From: Octopus sinensis
Taxonomy: Eukaryota
Reading direction: 5' to 3'
Assembly (NCBI RefSeq): GCF_006345805.1
Contig: NC_043023.1
Location: forward strand, 11,966,001-12,030,000
DNA: 64,000 nt
The position numbers and the translations under genes are program-made. The notes under the pieces were generated by a model. The model was not told the origin of the DNA. It saw nothing but the letters and a program-made list of their open reading frames with translations, and did not search any database. Positions 43,068 to 55,573 of the stretch are shown here, piece by piece. Each line of letters opens with the position of its first letter. The stretch's first letter is position 1.

Positions 43068-44300
43068 AGATAAAGAGAATCATTAAACGACATAGTAATT
43101 CAACATTGCAAATCTTACAACATCAACACTGTCATCCATTTAATGTCTATGTTTGCATGGGTCAGAATCCATTGAGACATTGAAAGTTTTACAACATTCT
43201 GTATAGAGATGAATCGCTTCAACATTTCTCTAAATTCTTACCTGTTTTCTTTGGCATGAAACCACCACAATTCTGGGAAGAGGGTATTTTCAAGTTTAAG
43301 GAAAGATGGAGACGCATTGTGCAACAAAACGGTTAATATTTGGCTGATTAAAAATCTATTGGCAAGTATTTATTGACCTTTTTCTTTCCTTCAAAAATCG
43401 GCACGAACTTTCCGGACAACCCAATACATATGCAATTATGATACGCTAGCAGAATCGTTCACATGCCGAACAAAATGCATAACAGCATTTCGTCCGTTTA
43501 TACTCTAAAAGTTCAAATCCCATCGAGGTCGAATTTGGCTTTCATTCTTTCGAGGTAAAAACAAACAAGAAACATTAGCGCACATTGTTCCATGGAAGCG
43601 ACGTCCGCTTCTCCCGCCAATTTTCTGAACTCGTGTCTAAAGTACAAAAGATTATTCTCATCAACACTATTATTATTATTATGATAGGCTAAGGCGGCGA
43701 ACTGGCAGAAACGTTAGCACGCCGGGCGAAATGCGTAGCCGTATTTCGTCTGCCGTTACGTTCTGGGTTCAAATTCCGCCGAGGTCGACTTTGCCTTTCA
43801 TCCTTTCGTGGTCGATAAATTAAGTACCAGTTACGCACTGGGGTCGATGTAATCGACTTAATCCCTTTGTCTGTCTGACCTTGTTTGTCCACTCTGTGTT
43901 TAGCCCCTTGTGGACAATAAAGAAATATATTATTATTATTATAGCGACCCCAGTCAATGTCGACCTCAGCGGAAACTCCTGACTGAAAATACGGCCGAGG
44001 TCGACTTTGCCCTTCATCCTTTTCGGGAAATACTGGGTTCCATATATTCGGCTTCGCGATCCCCTCAAACACTGCAGGCCTTGGCAAAATTTCTAACCTA
44101 CATCATTACTATTATTAATATAACCTCTTAAACAACAGGACAACGTTAATTAATATGGTATTCTTCAATCGGTTTCCCCTCATTTTACTAATTAATCAAT
44201 TAATTAAACTTTTTTACTCGCATTTTATAAATTAATTTTACTTTATATCCCATGTAACGGTGGTTCATAGGTTTACATAAACAACAGATCATCATTTCAG
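43068..44300. repeat. Intron block duplicated directly at ~53443-54680
   Basis: Same mariner-like end and same SINEs in the same order. Confidence 0.85.
43693..43925 (+). mobile_element. SINE with Nin/Deu-like domain; copies ~1-105, 2975-3150, 54065-54295, 60015-60412
   Basis: GGCGGCGAACTGGCAGAA head; GTCGACTTTGCCTTTCATCCTTTCG...GTCGATAAATTAAGTACCAG. Confidence 0.75.
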
Positions 44301-45105
44301 TTTACAAGTTGTTATTTTAGTCGAGCAAATATATTTTCCGTTTCGAAATAATTCCTGTAATATGGAAAGGTTCACATATTTCTATTATTTACATTATTAT
44401 CAACTTTCACTTGAAAAGGAAGATGAGAGGAGAGAGGAAAGTGCTGTCCGATAGCAAGTTTGCTGAAAGGTGGGTAAATGTCGCAAGAATGGCCAGTATA
44501 AATGGACCAATTCTGAGGATACACCTGTAATTTAAAAAGGTATTACAAAAGGAGAAAGGGACACTCTACTCGCCTTTTTACCAGGCTCCCGTTGGCTTTT
44601 ATGGGGTTTTTTCCCACCAGGAACCTTTCGTAACGCCTCCCACTTTTGGGAGATTTTCATTGTTATAATCTTTCGTTGTTAAACTGTTTTTACTTGTATT
44701 TTTCACAAACGGACAAAACCCTTTGTAACCTTTCGTATTGTTTTTTGTCCCTTTATGTTATAATTGATTTTTGTCAGCCCATGTGGCCAATAAAAGAATT
44801 AATTATTATTAGTAGTAGTACTATCATACAGCATTAAAGTAAATCTTTAGCAACTTACCGTATTCAGATATAAACAGCAAAGCAAGTGCCCGGCAGTAAA
44901 TCACTTTCATAAATAACTGATTTCCACATGGTTTGAAGTGTTGTATAAATTATTTCCCTTTATATGGTTATGGTTGTATTCAATTCTCCACTAGATGGCG
45001 ATACCGAATGGTTCCATTCGTTTTTGTTTTTCTCATTCTCTCATTCTCTTAACTTCACTTTAGATTTTTTTAATTATTTTCTTCAAATTTTCACCAGATT
45101 ATTTG
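44130..45105 (-). promoter_or_regulatory. Promoter/exon 1 cassette of gene F (insert at ~44405-44800)
   Basis: Donor 44853-44858; CCACTAGATGGCG 44988-45000. Confidence 0.7.
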
Positions 45106-45894
45106 CATCTAGACTTTGGATATTTTCCTTTTGAATGGCAGACAATTTCTAGTTAACTAAACACTTTTAAACTTCGTATACTGGTAGAATGTGTTTATAA
45201 AACATCATTTTTTTTTGGCTTTATTGAGAAAATTCTATAGTTTGTAAGATATTTTGTCTTTAATTTCGAGCATTTCGGCAATTTTAACCAATCGCTGACC
45301 TCCATTTGGGGTGAAAACATTCCGTGCTGTATGAATATGTCCCTCGTTTAAGAAACAGATTGGGTTTATTTACATTTGCGAAGAAAAAAAAGATACCCTT
45401 CCCCCACCCCTAATCGTAGATCTAAAATAGATTGAAATGCTATAGATTGATACTAGAGTTATAATTATGGATGACAATTTCATACGACACCGCTACAGAA
45501 AATCGGATTTTTTTCTAGCGGTGTCAAATAATCCTAGACTTTTTCATTCCCAAACTGAGCCCACTTTAATTTTGCTCAGATTGCTTTCAATTTTGGTTAC
45601 GATAAACTAATTACTGGATCTTTTCACTTTGACTGGCAGATTTTTAAAATAATTACTATGTAACTAGAAAATTTTAAACTTCATATACTGGTAGAATGTG
45701 TTTATAAAACATCATTTTCTCTTGGCTTTATTGAGAAAATTCTGTGGTTAGTAAGATATTTGCTGTTTACTTTCTTGCATTTTGGCAATTTCAACCAATC
45801 AATGACGTCTATTGAGGTGAAAACGATTTATGCCGTAACATTTTCTGGCAGCGTCATATGAAAGTGTCCCTGTTACATATTATATATTCGTTTA

Positions 45895-46164
<270 letters not shown>

Positions 46165-46169
46165 TCATC

Positions 46170-46380
46170 CGTTATGCCTTGGATACTGGTCATATTACAT
46201 TTTCCTAAAATTTTTACATTTAATGTCTTCTCTTGCCATTTTGCTGCATATGTTGTGGTGCAAATCAAGTTCTTTTATTTCTCTGTAGAAGAGAGTCCAT
46301 GCTTCTGCCCCATACATAAATACACTCAAAATGCGAAATTTGTATACACTTATTTTAGTTATCAGACTGACATCCTGTTC
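46170..46380 (-). mobile_element. Degenerate RTE-like fragment (inverted homolog 58345-58570)
   Basis: KISVYKFRILSVFMYGAEAWTL. Confidence 0.6.
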
Positions 46381-46493
46381 ACACACACACACACACATAT
46401 CAAATTAAATACACAACTGAAAGAGCTACTACTTGTTTGATACTGTTACGATACTTGAACAGGAATATTTATAAAATGCGCCATGTATCTTAA

Positions 46494-46715
46494 CCCTTTC
46501 ATTACCGTATTTCTGTTGAGATGCTCTGTGTTTCCTTCAATTAATTTTAAATATAACAAAGAATTTAGTAAAATAACTTCATTATCATTAAGCTAGTGTT
46601 AGGAACATAAATTGTGACTAAGGTTTGGTGGAAGATTTTAATTCAAAATTTATGAAAACAAGACATTTGTACTACAGAGCCAGAGGTGGTTTCACATGGG
46701 TTGGTATTGAAAGGG
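46494..46715 (+). mobile_element. piggyBac-like MITE, 222 bp
   Basis: TTAA on both sides; TIR CCCTTTCATTACC/GGTATTGAAAGGG; empty site at ~57686. Confidence 0.88.
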
Positions 46716-47224
46716 TTAAGGGCATAGAGCCAAAGAAACCAAGCCAAATCTGACAGGAACGTGGAGCAGCACTCTGGCTTGCCAGCTCATGTCACACTTT
46801 CCCATCAAAGCCTGCATAGAAGACGGATGCTAAAAATGGATGTTAGAGGATGATGATGAAAACACAACAAAGACAAAATCAATGTCACTTAAAACTTTTA
46901 TTCCTTATTCCCATTCCTTTATTCTCTCATAACAAATTCTTCAAAAATCCAGCACAATCATCTTCAGAAATCAAAGTCATCTTTGTGTTGATATATTTAG
47001 ATATATAAATGATATTGAAGTTTCATGTTGACATCCACATGGGGCCAGATGAGGCTGGCAACAGCCACAATAGGATGGAGCTTTTTATGTGCCACCGGCA
47101 CGGAGGCCAGTCGGGGCGGCGCTGGCAACGGCCACGTTCAGATGGTTCTCTTACGTGCTACCGGCACTGGCATCACAGCTACAATTTCCATTGATGTTGA
47201 ACGCGTGTATATGTATAACAGGAA

Positions 47225-47855
47225 TATATTCAATTCAATTCAATTATTATTGACTCAAAAAGCGAAAGCAAGGCCATTTAGGGAGACAGGGAGTTATGTA
47301 CAGGGAGGGTAGTCATACTAAGAGTTCGGGCCATTTCTGGTCAAGAGAGACTTTGAACCGAGTGGTCGTCGGCATCTTCACTATCTCATCCGGCAGCTTA
47401 TTCCACGGATCCGCAACCCGGACGGAGAAAGCCCCTCTCTTTCGATTGAGATGAAATCGTCATAGATAGAGCTTTATATATATATATATATATTGAATTT
47501 AATTCAATTCAATTTTTATTGGCTCAAAAAGCAAAAAGCAAGGCCATTTAGGGGGACATGGAGTTATGTACAGGGAGGGTGGTCATACAAAGAGTTCAGG
47601 TCATTTCTGGTCAAGAGAGACTTTGAACCGAGCGGTCGTCATCTTCAATATCTCGTCCGGCAGCTTGTTCCACAGATCCGCAACCCGGACGGAGAAAGCC
47701 CCTCTCCTTCGATTGAGATGAAATCGTCGCAGATAGAGCTTTTCAGAGTGACCCCGCAGCCGACGCTCTGGAGCAGGAGTGAGGAACAGCTCTTTCGAGA
47801 GGTTACACTTTCCGCCTATGATGTTGTGAGCGAGATTGAGATCACCACGTCGGTG
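47225..47855 (-). mobile_element. Two tandem CR1/L2-like LINE 3' ends
   Basis: rc translates RGDLNLAHNII...LRGHSEKL...AFSVRVADLWNKLP; 47225-47475 duplicates 47495-47740. Confidence 0.75.
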
Positions 47856-48133
47856 ATCCCATTAGAAACAGAAAATCATAATAATTCGGACACTTGAAAA
47901 CCTAACTGTGCAAAGTTTAATTTTAAAAACATTATTCAGAAACTAATGAGGAAACAGACTGGTGTGGGGCACTAAACTATACGTATGCCATATGTTCTTC
48001 CTTTGTGACGTGTTTTGTATTTGGGGGTCATTGTTTACGTAAATATTTGACATTTTTACAATATTCTTGAGTAAAAGTAAATGGAAAGTAAATACATGAG
48101 TAGGAGGTGAATAATGAAAGAAAGAAAAAAAAA

Positions 48134-49225
48134 CTAGAGAAACTGCCCTTTTCCTTCCTCCCACGTATGAATGTGTTTGTGTTTTGTTAAGTTACAATTT
48201 TGATAGAATGATTTACCACAAATATCACAATGATACAGTTTCTCTCCTGTGTGAATACGTTTGTGTGTTGTTAAGGCACTATTTTGAGTGAATGATTTAC
48301 CACAAATATCACAGAGATACGGCTTCTCTCCCGTATGAATACGTTTGTGTTGTGTTAACAAACTACGTTCAGAGAATGATTTACCACAGATATCACAATG
48401 TGGCTGGTCTCCTGTATGAATACGTTTGTGTTGTGTTAGTGAACTACTTACAGAGAATGTATTACCACAGATATCACAATGATAGGGCTTCTCTCCTGTG
48501 TGAATACGTTTGTGTGCAGTTAAGGCACTATTTTGAGAAAATAATTTACCACAAATATCACAGTGATATGGCTTCTCTCCTGTATGAACACGTTTGTGCT
48601 GTGTTAATGAACTATTTTGAGAAAATAATTTACCACAAATATCACAGAATGGCGTCTCACCTGTATGAATACGCCTGTGTGCAGTTAAGGCGTTACTTTG
48701 AGGGAATGATTTACCACAGATATCACAACGATATGGCTTCTCTCCTGTATGAAGACGTTTGTGTCTTGGTAAGTCACTACTTATAGAGAATGATTTACCA
48801 CAAATATCACAGTGATATGGCTTCTCTCCCATATGAGTACGTTTGTGTACAGATAAATTGAAACTTTCAGAGAATGATTTACCACAGATCTCACAGTAAT
48901 TTGGCTTCTCTCCTGTATGAATACGTTGGTGTCTCTTCAAAGCATAACTTTGAGAGAATGATTTACCACAAATATCACAACTATACGGTTTCTCTCCTGT
49001 AAGAATACGATTGTGTACAGTCAAGTTAATACTTTGAGAGAATGATTTACCACATATATCACAGTGCAATGGTTTCTCTCTTGCATGAATACATTTGTGC
49101 GAAATTAGGTTACCTTTGAGAGAGAAAACCTTTTTACAGATGTCACAGTCATAAGACAAATTTTTCTCTTCTTTTATCATTTGTACAGAGGTAATCAATT
49201 TTTGAAGTTTCTCACTCTTTTCCAT
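48134..49225 (-). CDS. C2H2 zinc-finger protein B, 12 fingers
   Basis: ATG 49225; exon starts 49580; 5' end near-identical to gene Y. Confidence 0.88.
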   Translation of the reverse strand: MEKSEKLQKLITSVQMIKEEKNLSYDCDICKKVFSLKGNLISHKCIHAREKPLHCDICGKSFSQSINLTVHNRILTGEKPYSCDICGKSFSQSYALKRHQRIHTGEKPNYCEICGKSFSESFNLSVHKRTHMGEKPYHCDICGKSFSISSDLPRHKRLHTGEKPYRCDICGKSFPQSNALTAHRRIHTGETPFCDICGKLFSQNSSLTQHKRVHTGEKPYHCDICGKLFSQNSALTAHKRIHTGEKPYHCDICGNTFSVSSSLTQHKRIHTGDQPHCDICGKSFSERSLLTQHKRIHTGEKPYLCDICGKSFTQNSALTTHKRIHTGEKLYHCDICGKSFYQNCNLTKHKHIHTWEEGKGQFL

Positions 49226-49803
49226 TATTTTTCCTCTCAAATCCCAATTAAAATATTTTTCCTGTTTTATTCTTATACTTAATTCCTTACAAATACTCCT
49301 GCTCCTGTATTTCTGTCCACTGTTACCTTTTTCTAGCAGCAATTACATAAATTTATCCAAGTTTCACCAGTACAGAAGCACCTCTTCTTGATACTCCAGT
49401 CAGTGTTGTTCCGAGTCCTGGCTAATAGTATTATTTCAGAGCAAATGTTTCACAGGAATTCTACAACAGATTTCTACAAACAATGTTATACATCTGTTCT
49501 GCATAATATTTTGCTTTAGTCTTTAAAAAATGGTAAATATTGAGGATGTTTCTTCTGTTACGTCAATGTCAATTGATGTTCTGAAATTGTAGAGAAACAA
49601 CAGTGTAAGGTTTAGAGGCTATGTAAAAAATACAGATTTGTTTCTGTTGAGATGAATTATAGAGTGGTCAAGGATGGAGTGGAAGGTGAATATTGCAAAA
49701 ACAAAACAAACAACTGAAATTTTGGAAAATATTTTAATCATAATTTCCATTGCATAAAACACAGGAATATTAAACAAATATAGCAAACAGGAAACTATAG
49801 GGA

Positions 49804-51345
49804 CTACCCTTTTCCTTTCACCCCTGTATGAGTATGTTTGTGTCTTGTTAAATGACTATTCTGAGAGAATGATTTACCACAGATGTTGCAATGATATGGC
49901 TTCTCTCCTGTATGAATGCGTTTGTGTGCATGTAAGTCATTATTTTGAGAGAATGATTTACCACAGATGTTACAGTGATATGGCTTCTCTCCTGTATGAA
50001 TACGTATATGTTTTGTTAAGTTACTACTTCGAGAAAATGATCTACCACAGATATCACACCGATATGGTTTCTCTCCTGTATGAATACGTAGGTGTTTTGT
50101 AACAGCACTATTTTCAGAGAATGATTTACCACAGATATCACAATGATATGGCTTCTCTCCTGTATGAATATGCTTGTGTTTTGTTAACTCACTATTTTGA
50201 GAGAATGATTTACCACAGTTATCACAACGATATGGCTTCTCCCCAGTATGAATACGCATGTGTCTTGTTAAGTCACCATTTTGAGAGAATGATTTACCAC
50301 AAATATCACAATGATGGGGTGACTCTCCTGTATGAATATATTTGTGTGTAGATAAGTGACCACTTCTGGAGAATGTTTTACCACAGATGTCACAATGAAA
50401 AAGTTTCTCTCCTGTATGAATGCGTTTGTGTGCAATTAACGGACTAATTTGAGAGAATGTTTTACCACAAATATCACAGTGATAGGGCTTCTCTCCTGTA
50501 TGAATTCGTATGTGTTTTGTTAAGGTAGCATTATCAGAGAATGATTTACCACAGATATCACAATGATACAGCCTCTCTCCAGTATGAATATATTTGTGTC
50601 TAGATAAGTGACTACTGCTAGAGAACGATTTACCACAGATATCACAATGATATGGCTTCTCTCCTGTATGAATATGCTTGTGTCTTGTTAACTCACTATT
50701 TTGAGAGAACGATTTACCACAGATATTACAATGATACGGTTTCTCCCCTGTATGAATACGTATGTGTCTTGTTAAGTCACCATTTTGAGAGAATGATTTA
50801 CCACAAATATCGCAATGATGGGCTGTCTCTCCTGTATGAATATATTTGTGTGTAGATAAGTGACCACTTGTGGAGAATGATTTATCACAGATATCACAAT
50901 GATATGGTTTCTGTCCAGTGTGAATATATTTGTGTCTAGATAAGTTATTATTTCGAGAGAATGATCTACCACAGATATCACACTGATATGGCTTCTCTCC
51001 TGTATGAATACGTAGGTGTTTTGTAAGAGAACCATTTTCAGAGAATGATTTACCACAGATATCACAATGATATGGTTTCTCTCCTGTATGAATACGATTG
51101 TGTCCACTTAAGTGAATACTTCGAGAGAATGATTTACCACAGATATCACACTGATATGGTTTCTCTCCTGTATGAATATGTTTGTGTCTAGATAAGTTAC
51201 TATCCTTAGAGAATGATTTACCACAGGTATCACAATGATACACTTTCTCCCCCGTATGAGTCTGTTTGTGCATAATTAGGTTGCTTTTCCGAGAGAACAA
51301 CTTTGTACAGATATCACAGTCATATGATCTCGTCTATTTTCTCAT
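49804..51345 (-). CDS. C2H2 zinc-finger gene A, 18 fingers; in-frame TAG three codons after the ATG at 51345 (possible pseudogene, or start at 51273)
   Basis: ATG AGA AAA TAG ACG AGA TCA TAT GAC TGT; rest of the array is open; exon starts 51718. Confidence 0.72.
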
Positions 51346-51864
51346 GTGTTCAGGGGAAAATCAATTCAATAATTTTCTCTCTCTTTCCTATTTCTTTTCC
51401 TCTCAAATCCCAGTTGATATATTTTTCTTGCTCTTGTTTTTATACTTTATTCCTAACACTTCTTCTCCTCTATTTCCTTCTACTGTTGTCTTTGTTTAGC
51501 AAAACATCCGTAAATTTATCCAACTTTCAGTGGCATATATGCTTCAGTTCTTGACACACTAGTCTGTGATGTTTAGAAATTTGACTAAAATGTTATTTCA
51601 GAGCAAATGTTTCACAAGAATTCTTCCTCAAATTTGCAGAAACAGTTTTCTATAATATTTTCCTTTAGTCTTTCAAACATTATAGATATTTAGGATTCTT
51701 CTTCTGTCATCTGACGTTCTGAAATTATAAAGAAACAATAGTGGAAAATGTAGAGGCTACTTAAAAAATACAGATTCATTTCTGAGATAAACTGTAGGAA
51801 CAAACATTTATTTTAACAAAAGTTGCATAAAAAAGTGCCAATCTCTGAAATTGATGGAAGACCT

Positions 51865-52060
51865 CGAGCAACGCCTGGCTCATAAGGGCCGGATTCCCAG
51901 TTTCTTGGCGTATAGGTTCCCCACCTGAACAGAACGCCGGTCCATCGCAGGTGAGCTGCAAGATGCAGGAGGAAAGAGTGGGAGAAAATTGTGGTGAAAG
52001 AGTCAGCAGAAGTTTTGCCATAACCTTCTGCCAGAGCCGCGTGGAGCTTTGGTGTTTCAC
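51865..52060 (-). mobile_element. SINE fragment (fuller copy 61215-61478)
   Basis: Two homologous copies; tRNA-like head GTGGTTAGAGC...GGTTCGAATC in the 61 kb copy. Confidence 0.65.
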
Positions 52061-52354
52061 TTTAGCAATGCATAAATGTAAATATAATTAATATAACATG
52101 GAAGCTGTACATGTATTTTATATAACATGGAAAAGAAAATCTCTTTTGTGGGAAAACCTAACAGTTATTGACATTTGAAATTAGATTCACAATCTCTACA
52201 TTTGTTTCGCTATGGATATTCATCAAAATATGGTATAAATGAATCACTGCTGTGTGATAAGAAGCCTGCTTTCCAAACACATGGTTCCAGGTTCAGTCTC
52301 ACTGCATGACACCTTGGGTATCTTCTACAGTAGCCTCAGGCCAACCAAATTCAT

Positions 52355-52998
52355 AGACATCTCTCTCCCATAGCTAGAAATAGCAGTCAAATCCTGCATA
52401 AATCAAGGACATCTCTCTCCCATAGCTAGAAATAGCAGCCAAATCCCGCACAATTCAAGGACATCTCTCTCTCTCTCATAGCTAGAAATAGCAGCCAAAT
52501 CCCGCACAAATCAAGGACATCTCTCTCCCATAGCTAGAAATAGCAGTCAAATCCTGCATAAATCAAGGACATCTCTCTCCCATAGCTAGAAATAGCAGTC
52601 AAATCCTGCATAAATCAAGGACATCTCTCTCCCATAGCTAGAAATAGCAGCCAAATCCCGCACAATTCAAGGACATCTCTCTCTCTCTCATAGCTAGAAA
52701 TAGCAGCCAAATCCCGCACAAATCAAGGACATCTCTCTCCCATAACTAGAAATAGCAGTCAAATCCTGCATAAATCAAGGACATCTCTCTCCCATAGCTA
52801 GAAATAGCAGTCAAATCCCGCACAAATCAAGGACATCTCTCTCCCATAGCTACAAATAGCAGCCAAATCCCGCACAAATCAAGGACATCTCTATCCCATC
52901 GCTAGAAATAGCAGCCAAATCCCGCATAAATCAAGGACATCTCTCTCCCATAGATAAAAATAGCAGCCAAATCCCGCATAAATCAAGGACATCTCTCA
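52355..52998. repeat. 52-56 bp minisatellite, about 12 units
   Basis: Unit CATAGCTAGAAATAGCAGYCAAATCCYGCAYAAATCAAGGACATCTCTCTCC at 52369, 52421, 52477 etc. Confidence 0.95.
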
Positions 52999-54519
52999 TC
53001 AGAGGCACATCTGAATGAAGGAATTTCTTTACGTCACGACGTGAAATGATGATATTCTGAAAGAGAAAAAGAACGAGGTGGAGAGATTGTAGTGGATGTG
53101 TGTGTGCGTAAACTAAATACAAACTATTTCATCATGATTAAAAGGGTGTGTCAGCTGCGATTGTCTTTCTTTCTCTGTTCTTCCCTTGTATTTAATAATA
53201 TTGAAACAGCTAGAAAGATAGACATACTGCAACAGAGTTACTACTTAAGTAGGTCAGCGCTTGTCCAGTGTGAACTTCGCCGACATGGCTGAGAGGTCAG
53301 GGTCAAAGGAGCTGATCAATCACTTTTTGACAGAACAAGAAGAACCTTTTTTCGCGTTTGTAAATGCATTGTTTTTCGACGACCGATGATTCTTGGATTC
53401 GATTTCGAATCTAGGCTTAGAGAAGGAAGTGCTAATTCTTACAAGATAAAGAGAATCATTAAACAACATTCAACGTTGCAAATCTTACAACATCAACACT
53501 GTCATCCATTTAATGTCTATGTTTTCAAAGGTCAGATTCCATTGAGGCTTTGAAAGTTTTACAATGCTCTGTATAACGATGAAGCGTTTCTACATTTCTC
53601 TAAATACTTACCTGTTTTCTTTGCCATAAAACCACCTTAATTCTGGGAAGAGAGTATTTTCAAGATTAAGGAAAGATGGATACGCATTGTGCAACAAAAC
53701 GGTTAATATTTAGTTGATTAAAAATGTATTGGCAAGTATTTGTTGACCTTTTTCTTTCCTTCAAAAATCGGCATGAACTTTCCGGCCAAACCCCATACAT
53801 ATGCAATAATACGTTATACTAGCAGAATTGTTTACATGCCGAACAAAATGCATAACAGCATTTCGTCCGTCTACACTCTAAAAGTTCAAATCCCATCGAG
53901 GTCGAATTTGGCTTTCATCCTTTCGTGGTAAAAACAAACAAGAAACATTAGCGCACAGGGTTCCATGGAAGCGACGTCCGATTCTTCCGCCAATTTTCTG
54001 AACTCGTGTCTAAAGTACAAAAGATTATTCTCATCAACACTATTATTATTATTATGATAGGCTAAGGCGGCGAACTGGCAGAAACGTTAGCACGCCGGGC
54101 GAAATGCGTAGCCGTATTTCGTCTGCCGTTACGTTCTGGGTTCAAATTCCGCCGAGGTCGACTTTGCCTTTCATCCTTTCGTGGTCGATAAATTAAGTAC
54201 CAGTTACGCACTGGGATCGATGTAATTGACTTAATCCGTCAGTCTGTCCTTGTTTGTCCACTCTGTGTTTAGCCCCTTGTGGGTAGTAAAGAAATATATT
54301 ATTATTATTATTATTATAGCGACCCCGAAACGAAGGAAAGTCAATGTCGACCTTAGCGGAAACTCCTGACTGCAAATACGGCCGAGGTCGACTTTGCCTT
54401 TCATCCCTTTCGGGAAATACTGGGTTCCATATATTCGACTTTGTGCTCCCCTCAAACACTGCAGGCCTCGGCAAAATTTCTAACCTACATCATTACTATT
54501 ATTAATATAACCTCTTAAA

Positions 54520-55070
54520 CAACAGGACAACGTTAATTAATATGGTATTATTCAATCGGTTTCCACTAATTTTACTAATTAATTAATTACACTATTTTAT
54601 TTGCATTTTACCAATTAATTTCCTTTATATCACACGTAACAATTGATAATAGGTTTTCCTAAACAACAGATCAACATTTCAGTTTGGAAGTTATTAATTA
54701 AGACAAGTAAATATATTTTCTTAATTGTTGTCAGGTTCCCGCTTCGAAAAATAATTACTGTAACATCGAGAGGTTCACAGAATTCTGTTATTCACATCAT
54801 TATTATTGTTATTAGTAGTAGTAGTATGATCACCTTTACAGCCTTAAAGGAAATCTTTATCAACTTACCGTTTTCACAAATAAGGAACGAGTCAGCGAAT
54901 CAGTAATTAAGCACCTTAATTAAGAATTTAAAAGAACCGAGATTCAAGTGTTGTAGAGGTTATTTCCCTTTACATGATTTTCTTTCTTCAGTTTTCCAAT
55001 AGATGGCTCTACTGACTTTTCTTTGTCCCTTTCTGTCAGGAACCTCCCTTCAACTTTTTTCAAATTTTCA
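54520..55070 (-). promoter_or_regulatory. Promoter/exon 1 cassette facing genes A and B
   Basis: Donor 54863-54868; CCAATAGATGGCTC 54996-55009. Confidence 0.68.
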
Positions 55071-55573
55071 CCTCAATAGACGTCATTGATTGGTTAAAAT
55101 TGAAGAAAAAAGATTTGCAATGTTGAATTACCATGTTTAACGATTCTCTTTATCTCACTGCTTCTTTTTCTATTTCAGAATATCACATCATGTTGACGTT
55201 AAAGAAATCTCTTCATTTAGACATGCCTCTGATATTTTGATTGACTTTCATCAATTAAAGGAAGACCATATATTTCTGAGGCACATTCAACTATACATCA
55301 ATGACAAATGATATGAAAATATTTCTTCTACGATGGAATTAAGAGCAACATTTTTCTTGTCTTTGCTGTTTGGAATGTAGAGAAGGTGATTGCTTGGTTA
55401 ATTAAGCTTGGATAAATTTACAAAAGATTTAACTGTTTACATCTGCCATTTTAGATGTTAAGCAAGATCACAGATGAAAGAAACACAGTGTTAAATTATT
55501 CTCCGAATATACTGACACAACTGAACACAGTTATATTCATAGAATTGAAAACATCATTATCATTGTGATATGT

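Noticed and set aside
49225-49342. Extended N-termini from TTG/GTG starts in the ORF track
   Set aside because: Eukaryotic genes; extensions lie in the leader, which has in-frame stops in paralogs
52355-52998. CRISPR-like periodicity and a match to the sgRNA scaffold (AGCTAGAAATAGCA)
   Set aside because: No unique spacers, no cas genes, eukaryotic context; the 14-nt match is coincidental and the rest of the scaffold is absent
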